DNA of 64,000 nucleotides, from assembly GCF_018977255.1 (NCBI RefSeq), contig NW_024704742.1, forward strand, positions 38,194,001-38,258,000. Direction: 5' to 3'. This DNA comes from Callorhinchus milii. Lineage: Eukaryota. This document shows positions 37,325-49,684 of this stretch, one piece after another. How positions within the stretch are numbered: the stretch's first letter is position 1; every line of letters starts with the position of its first letter. The notes under the pieces were generated by a model, which saw only the letters and a program-made list of their open reading frames with translations, was not told the origin of the DNA and ran no database searches. The position numbers and the translations under genes were made by a program.

Positions 37325-40300
37325 CACTGTGTGTACTATACACACCACAGCACTGTGTGTACCACACACACCACAGCACTGTGTGTACCATACACACCAC
37401 AGCACTGTGTGTACTATACACACCACAGGCACTGTGTGTACTATACACACCACAGGCACTGTGTGTACTATACACACCACAGGCACTGTGTGTACCACAC
37501 ACACCACAGCACTGTGTGTACCATACACACCACAGCACTGTGTGTACTATACACACCACAGCACTGTGTGTACTATACACACCACAGGCACTGTGTGTAC
37601 TGTACACACCAAGGCACTGTGTGTACTATACACACCACAGCACTGTGTGTACTATACACACCACAGGCACTGTGTGTACTATACACACCACAGCACTGTG
37701 TGTACTATACACACCACAGGCACTGTGTGTACTATACACACCACAGCACTGTGTGTACTATATACACCACAGCACTGTGTGTACTATACACACCACAGCA
37801 CTGTGTGTACTATACACACCACAGCACTGTGTGTACCATACACACCACAGCACTGTGTGTACTATACACACCACAGCACTGTGTGTACTATACACACCAC
37901 AGGCACTGTGTGTACTATACACACCACAGGCACTGTGTGTACTATACACACCAGCACTGTGTGTACTATACAACACACCGGCACTGTGTGTACTTACACA
38001 CCACACAACTGTGTGTACTATACACACCACAGGCACTGTGTGTACTATACACACCACAGGCACTGTGTGTACTATATACACCACAGGCACTGTGTGTACT
38101 ATACACACCACAGGCACTGTGTGTACTATACACACCACAGGCACTGTGTGTACCACACACACCACAGCACTGTGTGTACTATACACACCACAGCACTGTG
38201 TGTACTATACACACCACAGGCACTGTGTGTACTATACACACCACAGCACTGTGTGTACTATACACACCACAGCACTGTGTGTACCACACACACCACAGCA
38301 CTGTGTGTACTATACACACCACAGCACTGTGTGTACTATACACACCACAGGCACTGTGTGTACTATACACACCACAGCACTGTGTGTACCACACACACCA
38401 CAGCACTGTGTGTACTATACACACCACAGCACTGTGTGTACTATACACACCACAGGCACTGTGTGTACTATACACACCACAGCACTGTGTGTACTATACA
38501 CACCACAGCACTGTGTGTACTATACACACCACAGGCACTGTGTGTACTATACACACCACAGCACTGTGTGTACTATACACACCACAGCACTGTGTGTACT
38601 ATACACACCACAGGCACTGTGTGTACTATACACACCACAGGCACTGTGTGTACTATACACACCTCAGGCACTGTGTGTACCACACAACCACAGCACTGTG
38701 TGTACTATACACACCACAGCACTGTGTGTACTATACACACCACAGGCACTGTGTGTACTATACACACCACAGGCACTGTGTGTACCACACACACCACAGC
38801 ACTGTGTGTACTATACACACCACAGCACTGTGTGTACTATACACACCACAGCACTGTGTGTACTATACACACCACAGCACTGTGTGTACTATACACACCA
38901 CAGCACTGTGTGTACTATACACACCACAGGCACTGTGTGTACTATACACACCACAGGCACTGTGTGTACCACACACACCACAGGCACTGTGTGTACTATA
39001 CACACCACAGCACTGTGTGTACTATACACACCACAGGCACTGTGTGTACTATACACACCACAGGCACTGTGTGTACCACACACACCACAGCACTGTGTGT
39101 ACTATACACACCACAGGCACTGTGTGTACTATACACACCACAGCACTGTGTGTACCACACACACCACAGCACTGTGTGTACTATACACACCACAGCACTG
39201 TGTGTACCACACACACCACAGCACTGTGTGTACCACACACACCACAGCACTGTGTGTACTATACACACCACAGCACTGTGTGTACTATACACACCACAGC
39301 ACTGTGTGTACTATACACACACAGGCACTGTGTGTACCACACACACCACAGCACTGTGTGTACTATACACACCACAGGCACTGTGTGTACTATACACACC
39401 ACAGCACTGTGTGTACTATACACACCACAGCACTGTGTGTACTATACACACCACAGCACTGTGTGTACTATACACACCACAGGCACTGTGTGTACCACAC
39501 ACACCACAGCACTGTGTGTACTATACACACCACAGGCACTGTGTGTACTATACACCCACAGGCACTGTGTGTACCACACACACCACAGCACTGTGTGTAC
39601 TATACACACCACAGGCACTGTGTGTACTATACACACCACAGCACTGTGTGTACTATACACACCACAGGCACTGTGTGTACCACCACACCACAGGCACTGT
39701 GTGTACTATACACACCACAGGCACTGTGTGTACATACACACCACAGCACTGTGTGTACTATACACACCACAGGCACTGTGTGTACCACACACACCACAGC
39801 ACTGTGTGTACTATACACACCACAGGCACTGTGTGTACCACACACACCACAACACTGTGTGTACTATACACACCACAGGCACTGTGTGTACCATACACAC
39901 CACAGCACTGTGTGTACTATACACACCACAGGCACTGTGTGTACCATACACACCACAGCACTGTGTGTACATAACACACCACAGCACTGTGTGTACTATA
40001 CACACCACAGCACTGTGTGTACTATATACACCACAGGCACTGTGTGTACTATATACACCACAGCACTGTGTGTACTATAACACCACAGGCACTGTGTGTA
40101 CCATACACACCACAGCACTGTGTGTACTATACACACCACAGGCACTGTGTGTACATACACCACACAGCACTGTGTGTACTATACACACCACAGGCACTGT
40201 GTGTACCACACACACCACAGCACTGTGTGTACTATACACACCACAGGCACTGTGTGTACCATACACACCACAGCACTGTGTGTACTATACACACCACAGG

Positions 40301-43107
40301 CACTGTGTGTACCACACACACCACAGCACTGTGTGTACTATACACACCACAGCACTGTGTGTACTATATACACCACAGGCACTGTGTGTACTATACACCA
40401 CAGCACTGTGTGTACTATACACACCACAGGCACTGTGTGTACCATACACACCACAGCACTGTGTGTACTATAAACACCACAGGCACTGTGTGTACTATAC
40501 ACACCACAGCACTGTGTGTACTATATACACCACAGGCACTGTGTGTACTATACACACTACAGGCACTGTGTGTACTATACACACCACAGGCACTGTGTGT
40601 ACTATACACACCACAGCACTGTGTGTACTATACACACCACAGGCACTGTGTGTACCATACACACCACAGGCACTGTGTGTACTATACACACCACAGGCAC
40701 TGTGTGTACTATACACACCACAGCACTGTGTGTACTATACACACCACAGGCACTGTGTGTACACACACACCACAGCACTGTGTGTACTATACACACCACA
40801 GGCACTGTGTGTACTATACACACCACAGCACTGTGTGTACTATACACACCACAGCACTGTGTGTACTATACACACCACAGGCACTGTGTGTACCACACAC
40901 ACCACAGCACTGTGTGTACCACACACACCACAGCACTGTGTGTACTATACACACCAAGCACTGTGTGTACTATACACACCACAGCACTGTGTGTACTATA
41001 CACACCACAGGCACTGTGTGTACCACACACACCACAGGCACTGTGTGTACTATACACACCACAGCACTGTGTGTACTATACACACCACAGGCACTGTGTG
41101 TACCACACACACCACAGCACTGTGTGTACCACACACACCACAGCACTGTGTGTACCACACACCACAGCACTGTGTGTACTATACACACCACAGGCACTGT
41201 GTGTACCACACACACCACAGCACTGTGTGTACTATACACACCACAGGCACTGTGTGTACCATACACACCACAGCACTGTGTGTACTATACACACCACAGG
41301 CACTGTGTGTACCACACACACCACAGCACTGTGTGTACTATACACACCACAGGCACTGTGTGTACCACACACACCACAACACTGTGTGTACTATACACAC
41401 CACAGGCACTGTGTGTACTATACACACCACAGCACTGTGTGTACTATACACACCACAGGCACTGTGTGTACCATACACACCACAGCACTGTGTGTACCAT
41501 ACACACCACAGCACTGTGTGTACTATACACACCACAGCACTGTGTGTACTATATACACCACAGGCACTGTGTGTACTATATACACCACAGCACTGTGTGT
41601 ACTATATACACCACAGGCACTGTGTGTACCATACACACCACAGCACTGTGTGTACCATACACACCACAGGCACTGTGTGTACCATACACACCACAGCACT
41701 GTGTGTACTATACACACCACAGGCACTGTGTGTACCATACACACCACAGGCACTGTGTGTACCATACACACCACAGGCACCGTGTGTACCATACACACCA
41801 CAGTCACTGTGTGTACTATACCACCCACAGGCACTGTGTGTACCACACACACCACAGGCACTGTGTGTACTATACACACCACAGCACTGTGTGTACTATA
41901 TACACCACAGGCACTGTGTGTACTATATACACCACAGCACTGTGTGTACTATATACACCACAGGCACTGTGTGTACTATACACACCACAGCACTGTGTGT
42001 ACTATACACACCACAGGCACTGTGTGTACTATACACACCACAGCACTGTGTGTACTATACACACCACAGCACTGTGTGTACTATACACACCCACAGCACT
42101 GTGTGTACTATACACCACAGGCACTGTGTGTACTATACACACCACAGCACTGTGTGTACTATACACACCACAGCACTGTGTGTACTATACACACCACAGG
42201 CACTGTGTGTACTATACACACCACAGGCACTGTGTGTACTATACACATCACAGCACTGTGTGTACTATGCACACCACAGCACTGTGTGTACTATACACAC
42301 CACAGGCACTGTGTGTACCATACACACCACAGGCACTGTGTGTACCATACACACCACAGGCACTGTGTGTACTGTACACACCACAGGCACTGTGTGTACT
42401 GTACACACCACAGGCACTGTGTGTACTATATACACCACAGGCACTGTTTGTACTATATACACCACAGCCACTGTGTGTACTATATACACCACAGCCACTG
42501 TGTGTACTATATACACCACAGGCACTGTGTGTACTATATACACCACAGGCACTGTGTGTACTAATACCACACAGCACTGTGTGTACTATACACACCACAG
42601 GCACTGTGTGTACTATATACACCACAGGCCACTGTTGTACTATACAACACACAGGCACTGTGTGTACTATATACACCACAGCACTGTGTGTACTATATAC
42701 AACACAGCACTGTGTGTACTACACACACCACAGGCACTGTGTGTACTACAACACACCACAGGCACTGTGTGTACTATAGACACACCACAGGCACTGTGTG
42801 TACTATACACACCAACAGCACTGTGTGTACTATACACACCACAGGCACTGTGTGTACTATATACACCACAGGCACTTTGTGTACTATATACACCACAGTG
42901 ACTGTGTGTACTATATACACCACAGGCACTGTGTGTACTATATACACTACAGGCAGTCTGTGTGCTATACACACCACAGGCAGTGTGTGTGCTATACACA
43001 CCACAGGCAGTGTGTGTCTAATACACACACAGCACTGTGTGTACTAACACACCACAACACTGTGTGACTATACACACCACAGGCACTGTGTGTACTATAC
43101 ACACCAT
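37325..43107. repeat. Minisatellite of 26/27-bp units CACTGTGTGTAC(T/C)A(T/C)ACACACCACAG(G), ~5.8 kb, roughly 220 copies, truncated by the gap
   Basis: Directly visible; near-homogeneous, with more degenerate units toward the right end. Confidence 0.98.
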
Positions 43108-43132
43108 NNNNNNNNNNNNNNNNNNNNNNNNN
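43108..43132. other. Assembly gap (25 N)
   Basis: Run of N characters. Confidence 1.
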
Positions 43133-43209
43133 GGTCTAGTTATGATCTCACGGCACAATTCGAAAGAGAAGCGAGTTTCTCCCAGCTGGAAACCGCTATC
43201 ATTGTATAT

Positions 43210-43383
43210 TTCAATCCATGACTGTTTGTGGGACACTGCTGTGCACAATTGGCTGACGTGTTTCACCCACAAAATATACAGTCAACTCACTTTACAGTGA
43301 AGCGCTTTGAGACATCTCAAAGACTTGATAAGGCTCTATATCAAATGCAAGGATTAGTATTATTATTATTATATTATTATATT
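43210..43383 (+). mobile_element. SINE 3' half
   Basis: SINE core and (TTA)n tail. Confidence 0.75.
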
Positions 43384-43588
43384 GGGAACCTGATGAGGAG
43401 GGCCTAGGGTCTCTATCCCTTTTCACATCCTACCACTGGAAGAAGATGTAACCTAATTTTTATGAGTGTTTGATCATGTCAAAACATCTCAAAGTGCTTT
43501 ACAGGTAATTATTGTCAAGTGAAGTGTTTTTTTAAGGAAATGTGGCAGCCACTTCTTCCATCAAGATTAAACACACACCCTTGTATTT

Positions 43589-43800
43589 AATAATCCTTGT
43601 ATTTGATATAGCGCTTTTCACATCTTCTAGACGTCTCAAAGCGCTTCACAGAATATACTGTAAAGTGTATTGACTGTGTATTTGTGGACGAAACGCGGCA
43701 GCCAATTGCACACAGCAATGTCCCACAAACAGTCGTGGATTGAAGTGACCAATTTATTATTGTTTGTTTTCTTGAAGGATTATTATTATTATTACCCAGG
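43589..43800 (-). mobile_element. SINE 3' half
   Basis: Reverse complement of the SINE core and tail. Confidence 0.8.
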
Positions 43801-43837
43801 AGATAAATTACTAAGTAATGTGGAGTTTATTGATCCT

Positions 43838-44782
43838 GTATGCGGATGACACCCAACTGTACGTCTCTGTCTCCACCCTTGACCACTGCTGTCCTGACAG
43901 AATGTCCGTCAGACATCAAGTCCTGGATGAGAGCTAAGTTTCTACAGTTGAACATCAACAAGGCCGAGGCTCTCCTGATTGGCTCCTGTCAGCACCTCCT
44001 CACCTCAGGCACTGACAGCTTCACCATCCATGTTTGCACACTCCACCTTACTAAGCCAGTCCGGAACCTTGGGGTCTTCTTTGACCCTCAACCATCCTTT
44101 CTACCCCACATCCGTGCATGACCTGCTCTGCCTCCCCCCACCTCCGCAACGTCGCCCGGCTACGCCACTGTCTCACACCGCAGGTCGCCGAAACCCTCCT
44201 ACACGTATTCATTACATCGAGGCTTGACTCTGCAAACTCACTGCTTGTCGACCTCCCCATCTCCTCCCTCCATAGGCTGCAGATCATCCAGAACTCTGCA
44301 GCCCGTGTCCTCTCCCGCACCAGGCTCTGTGACCCTATCATCCCCTATCCTCACCCGACTCCACTGGCTTCCCATCACACAGAGGATACAGTTCAAGATC
44401 CTGGTCCTCACCTTCAATGGTCTTGCTCCCCCCTACCTCTGTGAGCTCCTAAACCCCTACAATCCTGCCCGTTTCCTCCACTCAGCGGGCTCCGGCCTGC
44501 TGCACGTCCCCCGCCTCACCCGTCCCACCATTGGCGGATGGGCCTTCTGCCACTCTGCCCCCACCCTCTGGAACTCCATCCCGCAGTCCCTCCACCTCAT
44601 CCCCTCCCATCTCAAAACTCTCCTCTTCGACCGTGCTTTCGATCAACCTGCTTCCCACCCACCCTCCACCCTCCCCAATCCCGAACCCCAGCTCAGGTCC
44701 AAAACTCTGACTGTCCAGCGCCTTGGGACTTCCTCCCGACGTGAAAGGTGCTATACAAATGTAATTTTGTTGTTGTTGTTGT
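43838..44782 (+). mobile_element. L2-clade LINE, 5'-truncated (~950 bp, RT C-terminus to 3' tail), frameshifted
   Basis: Starts at YADDTQLY (tatgcggatgacacccaactgtac), then DIKSWM..KFLQLN.NK.E, VRNLGV.FD, AETLLHVFITSRLD, LHWLPI.QRIQFKIL, LWNSIP, and the (TTG)n tail. Confidence 0.92.
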
Positions 44783-45059
44783 CCTGAACACTGGGAGAAA
44801 CCCCCTTTTCTTTTCAAATTGTGTCAAGGATCTGTAATATTCATTTGAACAGGCAGATGGTTAAAAACACTTAAACAGTTTAATGTATCAACCAAAAGAC
44901 AGAATCTCTGACAATTCAGCACTCCCACAGTACTGCATTTGAGTTTCAGCCTACAAGTTGAAATCTCAATGCAAGAGTTTAACCTACAACCGTTTGAGCT
45001 CTTCCATGTTAACAATAACCACAATGGAAAAAACAGATTCAGTAATCAGAATCAGTGAT

Positions 45060-45490
45060 ATTAATAATAATAATCCTTACATTTTGTAGGGCATTTCACA
45101 TCTGGAGAACGTCTCAAGGCTTCATAGGTTATATTGTAAAGTCCAGTGACTGTGTATTTGTAGGTGAATGCGATCGCCAATTTGTGCACACCAACGTCCC
45201 ACAAATAGCCATAATGTGAATGATAAATTCTATGAGGTAAATTACTGATTAATTAATGTGGGATTGTCGATCAGAACATTGGGAGAAACCCTTCTTTTTT
45301 CAAATCGTGCCATGGGATCTTTAAAGTCCGGCAGACAGAACCGCGGTTTAACATCTCAATCGAAGGATGGCATCTTCAACAATCCAGTGCTCCCCAATGG
45401 AGTGTTATCTTAGACGATATGAATTCCGAATCCTGACGTGGGCTTGAACTATCTACCACCCTCTGAGCAGAGACAGGAGTGGTAACAACT
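45060..45490 (-). mobile_element. Deu-domain SINE
   Basis: Reverse complement similar to 32180-32553 from tail to tRNA-like head. Confidence 0.65.
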
Positions 45491-46074
45491 GAATTCCAAG
45501 CACTACAACAACAACAACAACAACAACAACGACAAAATTACATTTGTATAGCGCCTTTCGTAGTTGGGAGGACGTCACTACGTGAGCAGGTACAAAATTA
45601 TTCACTTGGCATCTGTACCCTGATTGGCAGGACTTAACCTTAGAATAATAATCCTTGCAGTAGCTCCTTGGGACATCCTCCTGACGTGGAAGGTGCTATA
45701 CAAATGTAATTTGTTGTTTGTTGTTAATTCAACACTCTGGGAAGAAAAACCAAAGCATAAACCATGTTATTCTGTCACTGTTACTCTACACCTCCTTGTG
45801 GCTGGTTCTAAAATGACAGAAGAGGACAACCAATACAATTTGTATATTTCCTCTTTGTGAAGAGAGTCGCGTTGGAGATGATTACTCTTGATCAGGCATT
45901 TGGGTAAAGGGAACCTAAAGATTAAAAAAAAGTTGAAGTATGGGGGAAGGATAGCACTCACCATTCTAGTATTATTTTGGTCATTTTGGGAAGAATGAAA
46001 TTAATCTAAAGCATGATGAATTTGATGCAGGCTTTGTAACGTGAGTCCATTTCGTATATTTTGGAATCCTAGAA

Positions 46075-47617
46075 AACCCTGTAAATCTCCTCATAGTCGA
46101 CACCATAAATTCTGAATGAGATGGACAAAACCCTGGATAAGGGGGGGAAAGGTGTCCCTGACGTAGCCCTGATCCTCATGCCCATCTTTGTGTGTAGCTG
46201 CCTGAGTCTACGCCGGCAACAAATGCCGCTATGTGCTGGGTTTCTACCTTTACCCGGTGATAAGAAGGGTGGGTCTGGCAGAGCTGCCTCAAAATGTTCC
46301 ACGTTGGAGCGTGCCGAACCACCTATCCTACGTTGAGGAATTCCTGCAGAAAAGCATTCCAGACCTCCGTGCAATCACCGAGTGGTCCGCAAGGCAGGTA
46401 GTCGAAACAGTTCGAAAAGGGTAGAGGGCAGACCCGATTAGGAGGTACCCTGTGGCGATAGCCAGCTATGTCTGGCAAAACACCTCATCACCGGCATTGA
46501 CCAACGACCATCAGGACATGGCCTGGCTGGCGATAAAAGGGCCAACCCCCTCCCCCCCATCCCCCCCGGGCTTTCATGCACAGTCGAGGTCTGGGCCAGT
46601 CACCACTTTGCCCTCAGGCCGGCTGCAGAGACCAGGAGACCGTGGACTACCTCTTCCTGGGGTATTCGAATTCAAGATCCTCATCCTCACCTACAAGGCC
46701 ATTCACGGCCTTGCTCCTCCTACTTCGACCGTGCCTTCAGCTCCCCTCTCGACTCTCTACCCCCTCCTCGCTCCCTCCCTTCCCTCCCCTCACCCTGACC
46801 ATTTCCCCCCTGCTCGGGTCCTGTCCAGCACCTTGGGATGTCCTCCCGACATAAAAGGCACTCTATAAATGAAATCTTGTTGTTGTTGTTTGTTTCTCAA
46901 AGGCGGTTTGGAAAAAGATGGAATGGATTCTCTCGCGGTTCATTCCTGGGAACCTACTGCCAGGGGCACTTGGTACTGTACGGCCTGTTCCCTGGCACTC
47001 ACAGCAAAACCCAAATCGAGTGTGCCTGGAGGATCATAAACTCGGTAAAGGAGGCCCTTTGGCACTCCGGAAACTAGATGTTCTTTTGGCAGAACGAGGG
47101 GATGGTGAGGGCCTGCCTCAGGCTCAGGCGTGCTGGGATCAGGGACTATATACTGAGGAACAAGCTGAAGTTCGGCTCAACCGCGTCAAAGGCCAGATGG
47201 GGCCTGATCCTGGCAGGAGCCTCTCCAGCATAATCCGCTCAAGGCGCACCCACCGGGTAGCCCACGAGGGCATCCAAAACTGACTGAAGTAAGGGTACAG
47301 AAGGACGCTCGAGATGTAACCAAAGAGCGTCCCAAAAATGTATGTACGGTAAACATGTGCGCGTACGGTGCACATCGGGGCACCTTCCGAAAGCGGCAAG
47401 TGCGCCTTATCGGGGTGTGTGCAGGCACAAACATGGATGTGGTGTACACAGGGGCAACTCCCGACTGTGTTAAAGGGAGCCTCCCAAAAAACGTGTGCAC
47501 AACCTACGTGTGAGTGGAAGGAATGTGTTTTGTATTGGGAGAAAAGGAAAAGAGTTGTAACAGAAGATTCCTGTTGTACTAAGTATTATATTTATCAATA
47601 AATATATATTTTTAAAA
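46075..47617 (+). mobile_element. Degenerate Tx1/L1-clade LINE 3' part (post-RT region, zinc-knuckle remnant, 3' UTR) with a nested L2 fragment
   Basis: Frameshifted motifs K..DKGGKGVPD, WQNTSSPALTN.HQD.AWLAI, CP..GC...ETVDYLF, VLYGLFPGTH..., WRIINSVKEALW; ends with AATAAA (47597) and an A/T-rich tail. Confidence 0.7.
46668..46892 (+). mobile_element. L2-clade LINE 3' fragment nested in the Tx1-like element
   Basis: FKILILTYKAIHGLAP plus the family tail and (TTG)n. Confidence 0.8.
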
Positions 47618-49258
47618 ACATTCTGAATGAGTGGATGGGCTAGAGTCTATAGGTATTTTCATAGCCTCTGCCAGAACCACTTGGACAAGCTGGTAGCCTG
47701 TGCTGCAGTTTTGACCCGAGGCAAATATTCCTTTACTCCCTGTTTCCAGGCTCTTAGTCCTGCTTCTTTTGACCAGCTGAAAGTGGTTACAATTATTTGC
47801 GTTGTCTATGTTTCCAGTACTGGATACATTTCACCCTGATACCTACTTTTCTGTCACAAGTTATTGTTATTATTTAGCGAAATCAGAGCTTACATTGAAA
47901 TAGGATGCAGGGCTATTGTGACCCCAGTAATATTCACATCAAACAGAGGGGAAAATTTAATCAGTAACAATGCTCAAATAACATAATCTTAAGGTGGGGG
48001 GTGAGGGGCGGAGAGGTTGTAGTTGCTATTCAGATTACTGCAAATCATCTCTACTGCAGTTACAGATATTTATCTATTCTCAGAACCCATGATAGTGATT
48101 CCCTCAGCATTTGCTTCTTCCCAGCAAAAGGCATTGCAATTATCTGTATTCAAATAACTACTTAATAATATATCAACCCCAATACTATAGGAGGGACAAC
48201 TCAAACAACAACAGAAACAAATTACATTGGCATAGTACCTTTCAGGTTGGGAGCACTTCCCAAGGCACTGGACAGTCAGAGATTTGGACCTGAGCAGGGC
48301 GTTGAGGTCAGGAGGGGTGGAGGACAGGGAAAACAGTGGTAGGAAGATGACCGCGAAGAGGAGGATCTTGAGATGTATCTTGAAGAAGATATGGGAGGGA
48401 GCAAAACGAAGGGAGTTCCAAAAGTAATTTGTTGTTGTTGTTTGAGTTCCCCCTCCTATAGTATTGGTATTGAAATCTTATTAAGTAGCTACATGAAATC
48501 AGAGAATGGCAATGTTTGTTCCTGGGAAGCAAATGCTGAGGGAATCACTATCACGGGTTCTGAGAATAGATAAATGTCTGTAACTCCATTAGAGATGATA
48601 TGTTGCAAAATAAGATTGAATGTTATATTTTTTTCCAGGTGGTTTGACTTTGGAGGCGGTCGCAGCTCCAAGATAGTGATCCGGAGTAAATCCGTCGTCT
48701 TTCCCGTGCCCAGAGATACGAGGGGGAGCTGTAATCTCCCTCCACCAGCAGCATGCTGCAATGAAAGCTGAGTGCATTCAATGGATAGCTTTGTTGATGG
48801 AAGAGTGGATCAGCGGCTACAGGTAAAAAGCCCAACTCTACCACCCTCACATCGCTAACATCAATGGTATGAGGGCACATTTATTTTTGGTAGATTTATT
48901 TCAGGCCGTGCAATCTGATCGTTATCCGTAAGAGTATCCAAACCGGACCGAGAGTTCAACATATGTATAACACTTACACACGAAAAGCCCTCTGCGTTCG
49001 GAATGAAATGGTCACTTTCTCTCTCTCTCTCTCTCTCTCTCTCTGTGGAGAGCTTGTCTAGATCCAATAATAATAATAATAATAATAACAACAGCACAAA
49101 ATATGCAGTCAATTCACCTATAGGGGCTATATAATGGTGAAGCGCTTTGAGACGTTTCGACGGCACGACGAGGCTCTGTATCAAACGCAAGGAATATCAT
49201 TAATAATCATATTTTAAGGGCTCTTCTTTCCTATTCTTTCCTATTTCCAAAACCAAAA

Positions 49259-49428
49259 GCAATAATAAATTGGTCATTTTCAATCCACGACTGTTTGTGG
49301 GACATTGCTGTGCGCAATTGGCTGCCGCGTTTCGCCCACAAATATACAGTCAATTCACTTTACAGTGTGTTCTGTGAAGCGCTTTGGGACGTCCTCCCGA
49401 CGTGAAAAGCGCTATATCAAATGCAAGG

Positions 49429-49467
<39 letters not shown>
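49259..49467 (+). mobile_element. SINE 3' half with a long (TTA)n tail abutting the COQ2 promoter
   Basis: Near-identical to the 3' half of the 33511-33845 copy. Confidence 0.85.
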
Positions 49468-49469
<2 letters not shown>

Positions 49470-49684
49470 GGTCTCCAAACCCGAGCCCACTTGACTGACG
49501 GGCTGACTGATGAGCGTTGGGGGGTCACGTGGTGGCGGTGCTTTTGGTTGCCGCCCCCTTTTCCCGGGCGGAACCAGTGGGAGGTCCAACCGTGTTCCGG
49601 GGGGGACGCTTAAAGTGCTGGACCCGGAGGTCGCGAAGGAAAAGCCGCCGGCGGGCGGGCGGAGGGCGAAGCCCCGCGCACAGG
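49470..49684 (+). promoter_or_regulatory. COQ2 CpG-island promoter/5' UTR with E-box GTCACGTG (49524-49531), ETS-like CGGAA/TTCCGG and GC boxes
   Basis: CpG-rich sequence directly upstream of the COQ2 ATG. Motifs seen directly; function inferred. Confidence 0.6.

Noticed and set aside
36519..43067. Very long ORFs (1151, 1082, 1856, 920, 682 aa) rich in C/H/T/V/Y
   Set aside because: Translations of the 26/27-bp minisatellite, whose unit lacks stops in the + frames; all three frames give the same peptides. No evidence of a protein.
37325..43107. CRISPR-like look (palindromic ~27-bp repeats)
   Set aside because: Units are head-to-tail with no unique spacers, there are no cas genes, and the context is vertebrate.
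43838..44782. Possible active or domesticated reverse transcriptase gene
   Set aside because: 5'-truncated and frameshifted; all RT-like pieces in the window are decayed L2, CR1 or Tx1 fragments.
49517..49684. In-frame N-terminal extension of COQ2 in the ORF track
   Set aside because: Starts at TTG, not ATG, and overlaps promoter motifs; ATG 49685 already gives a typical targeting peptide.
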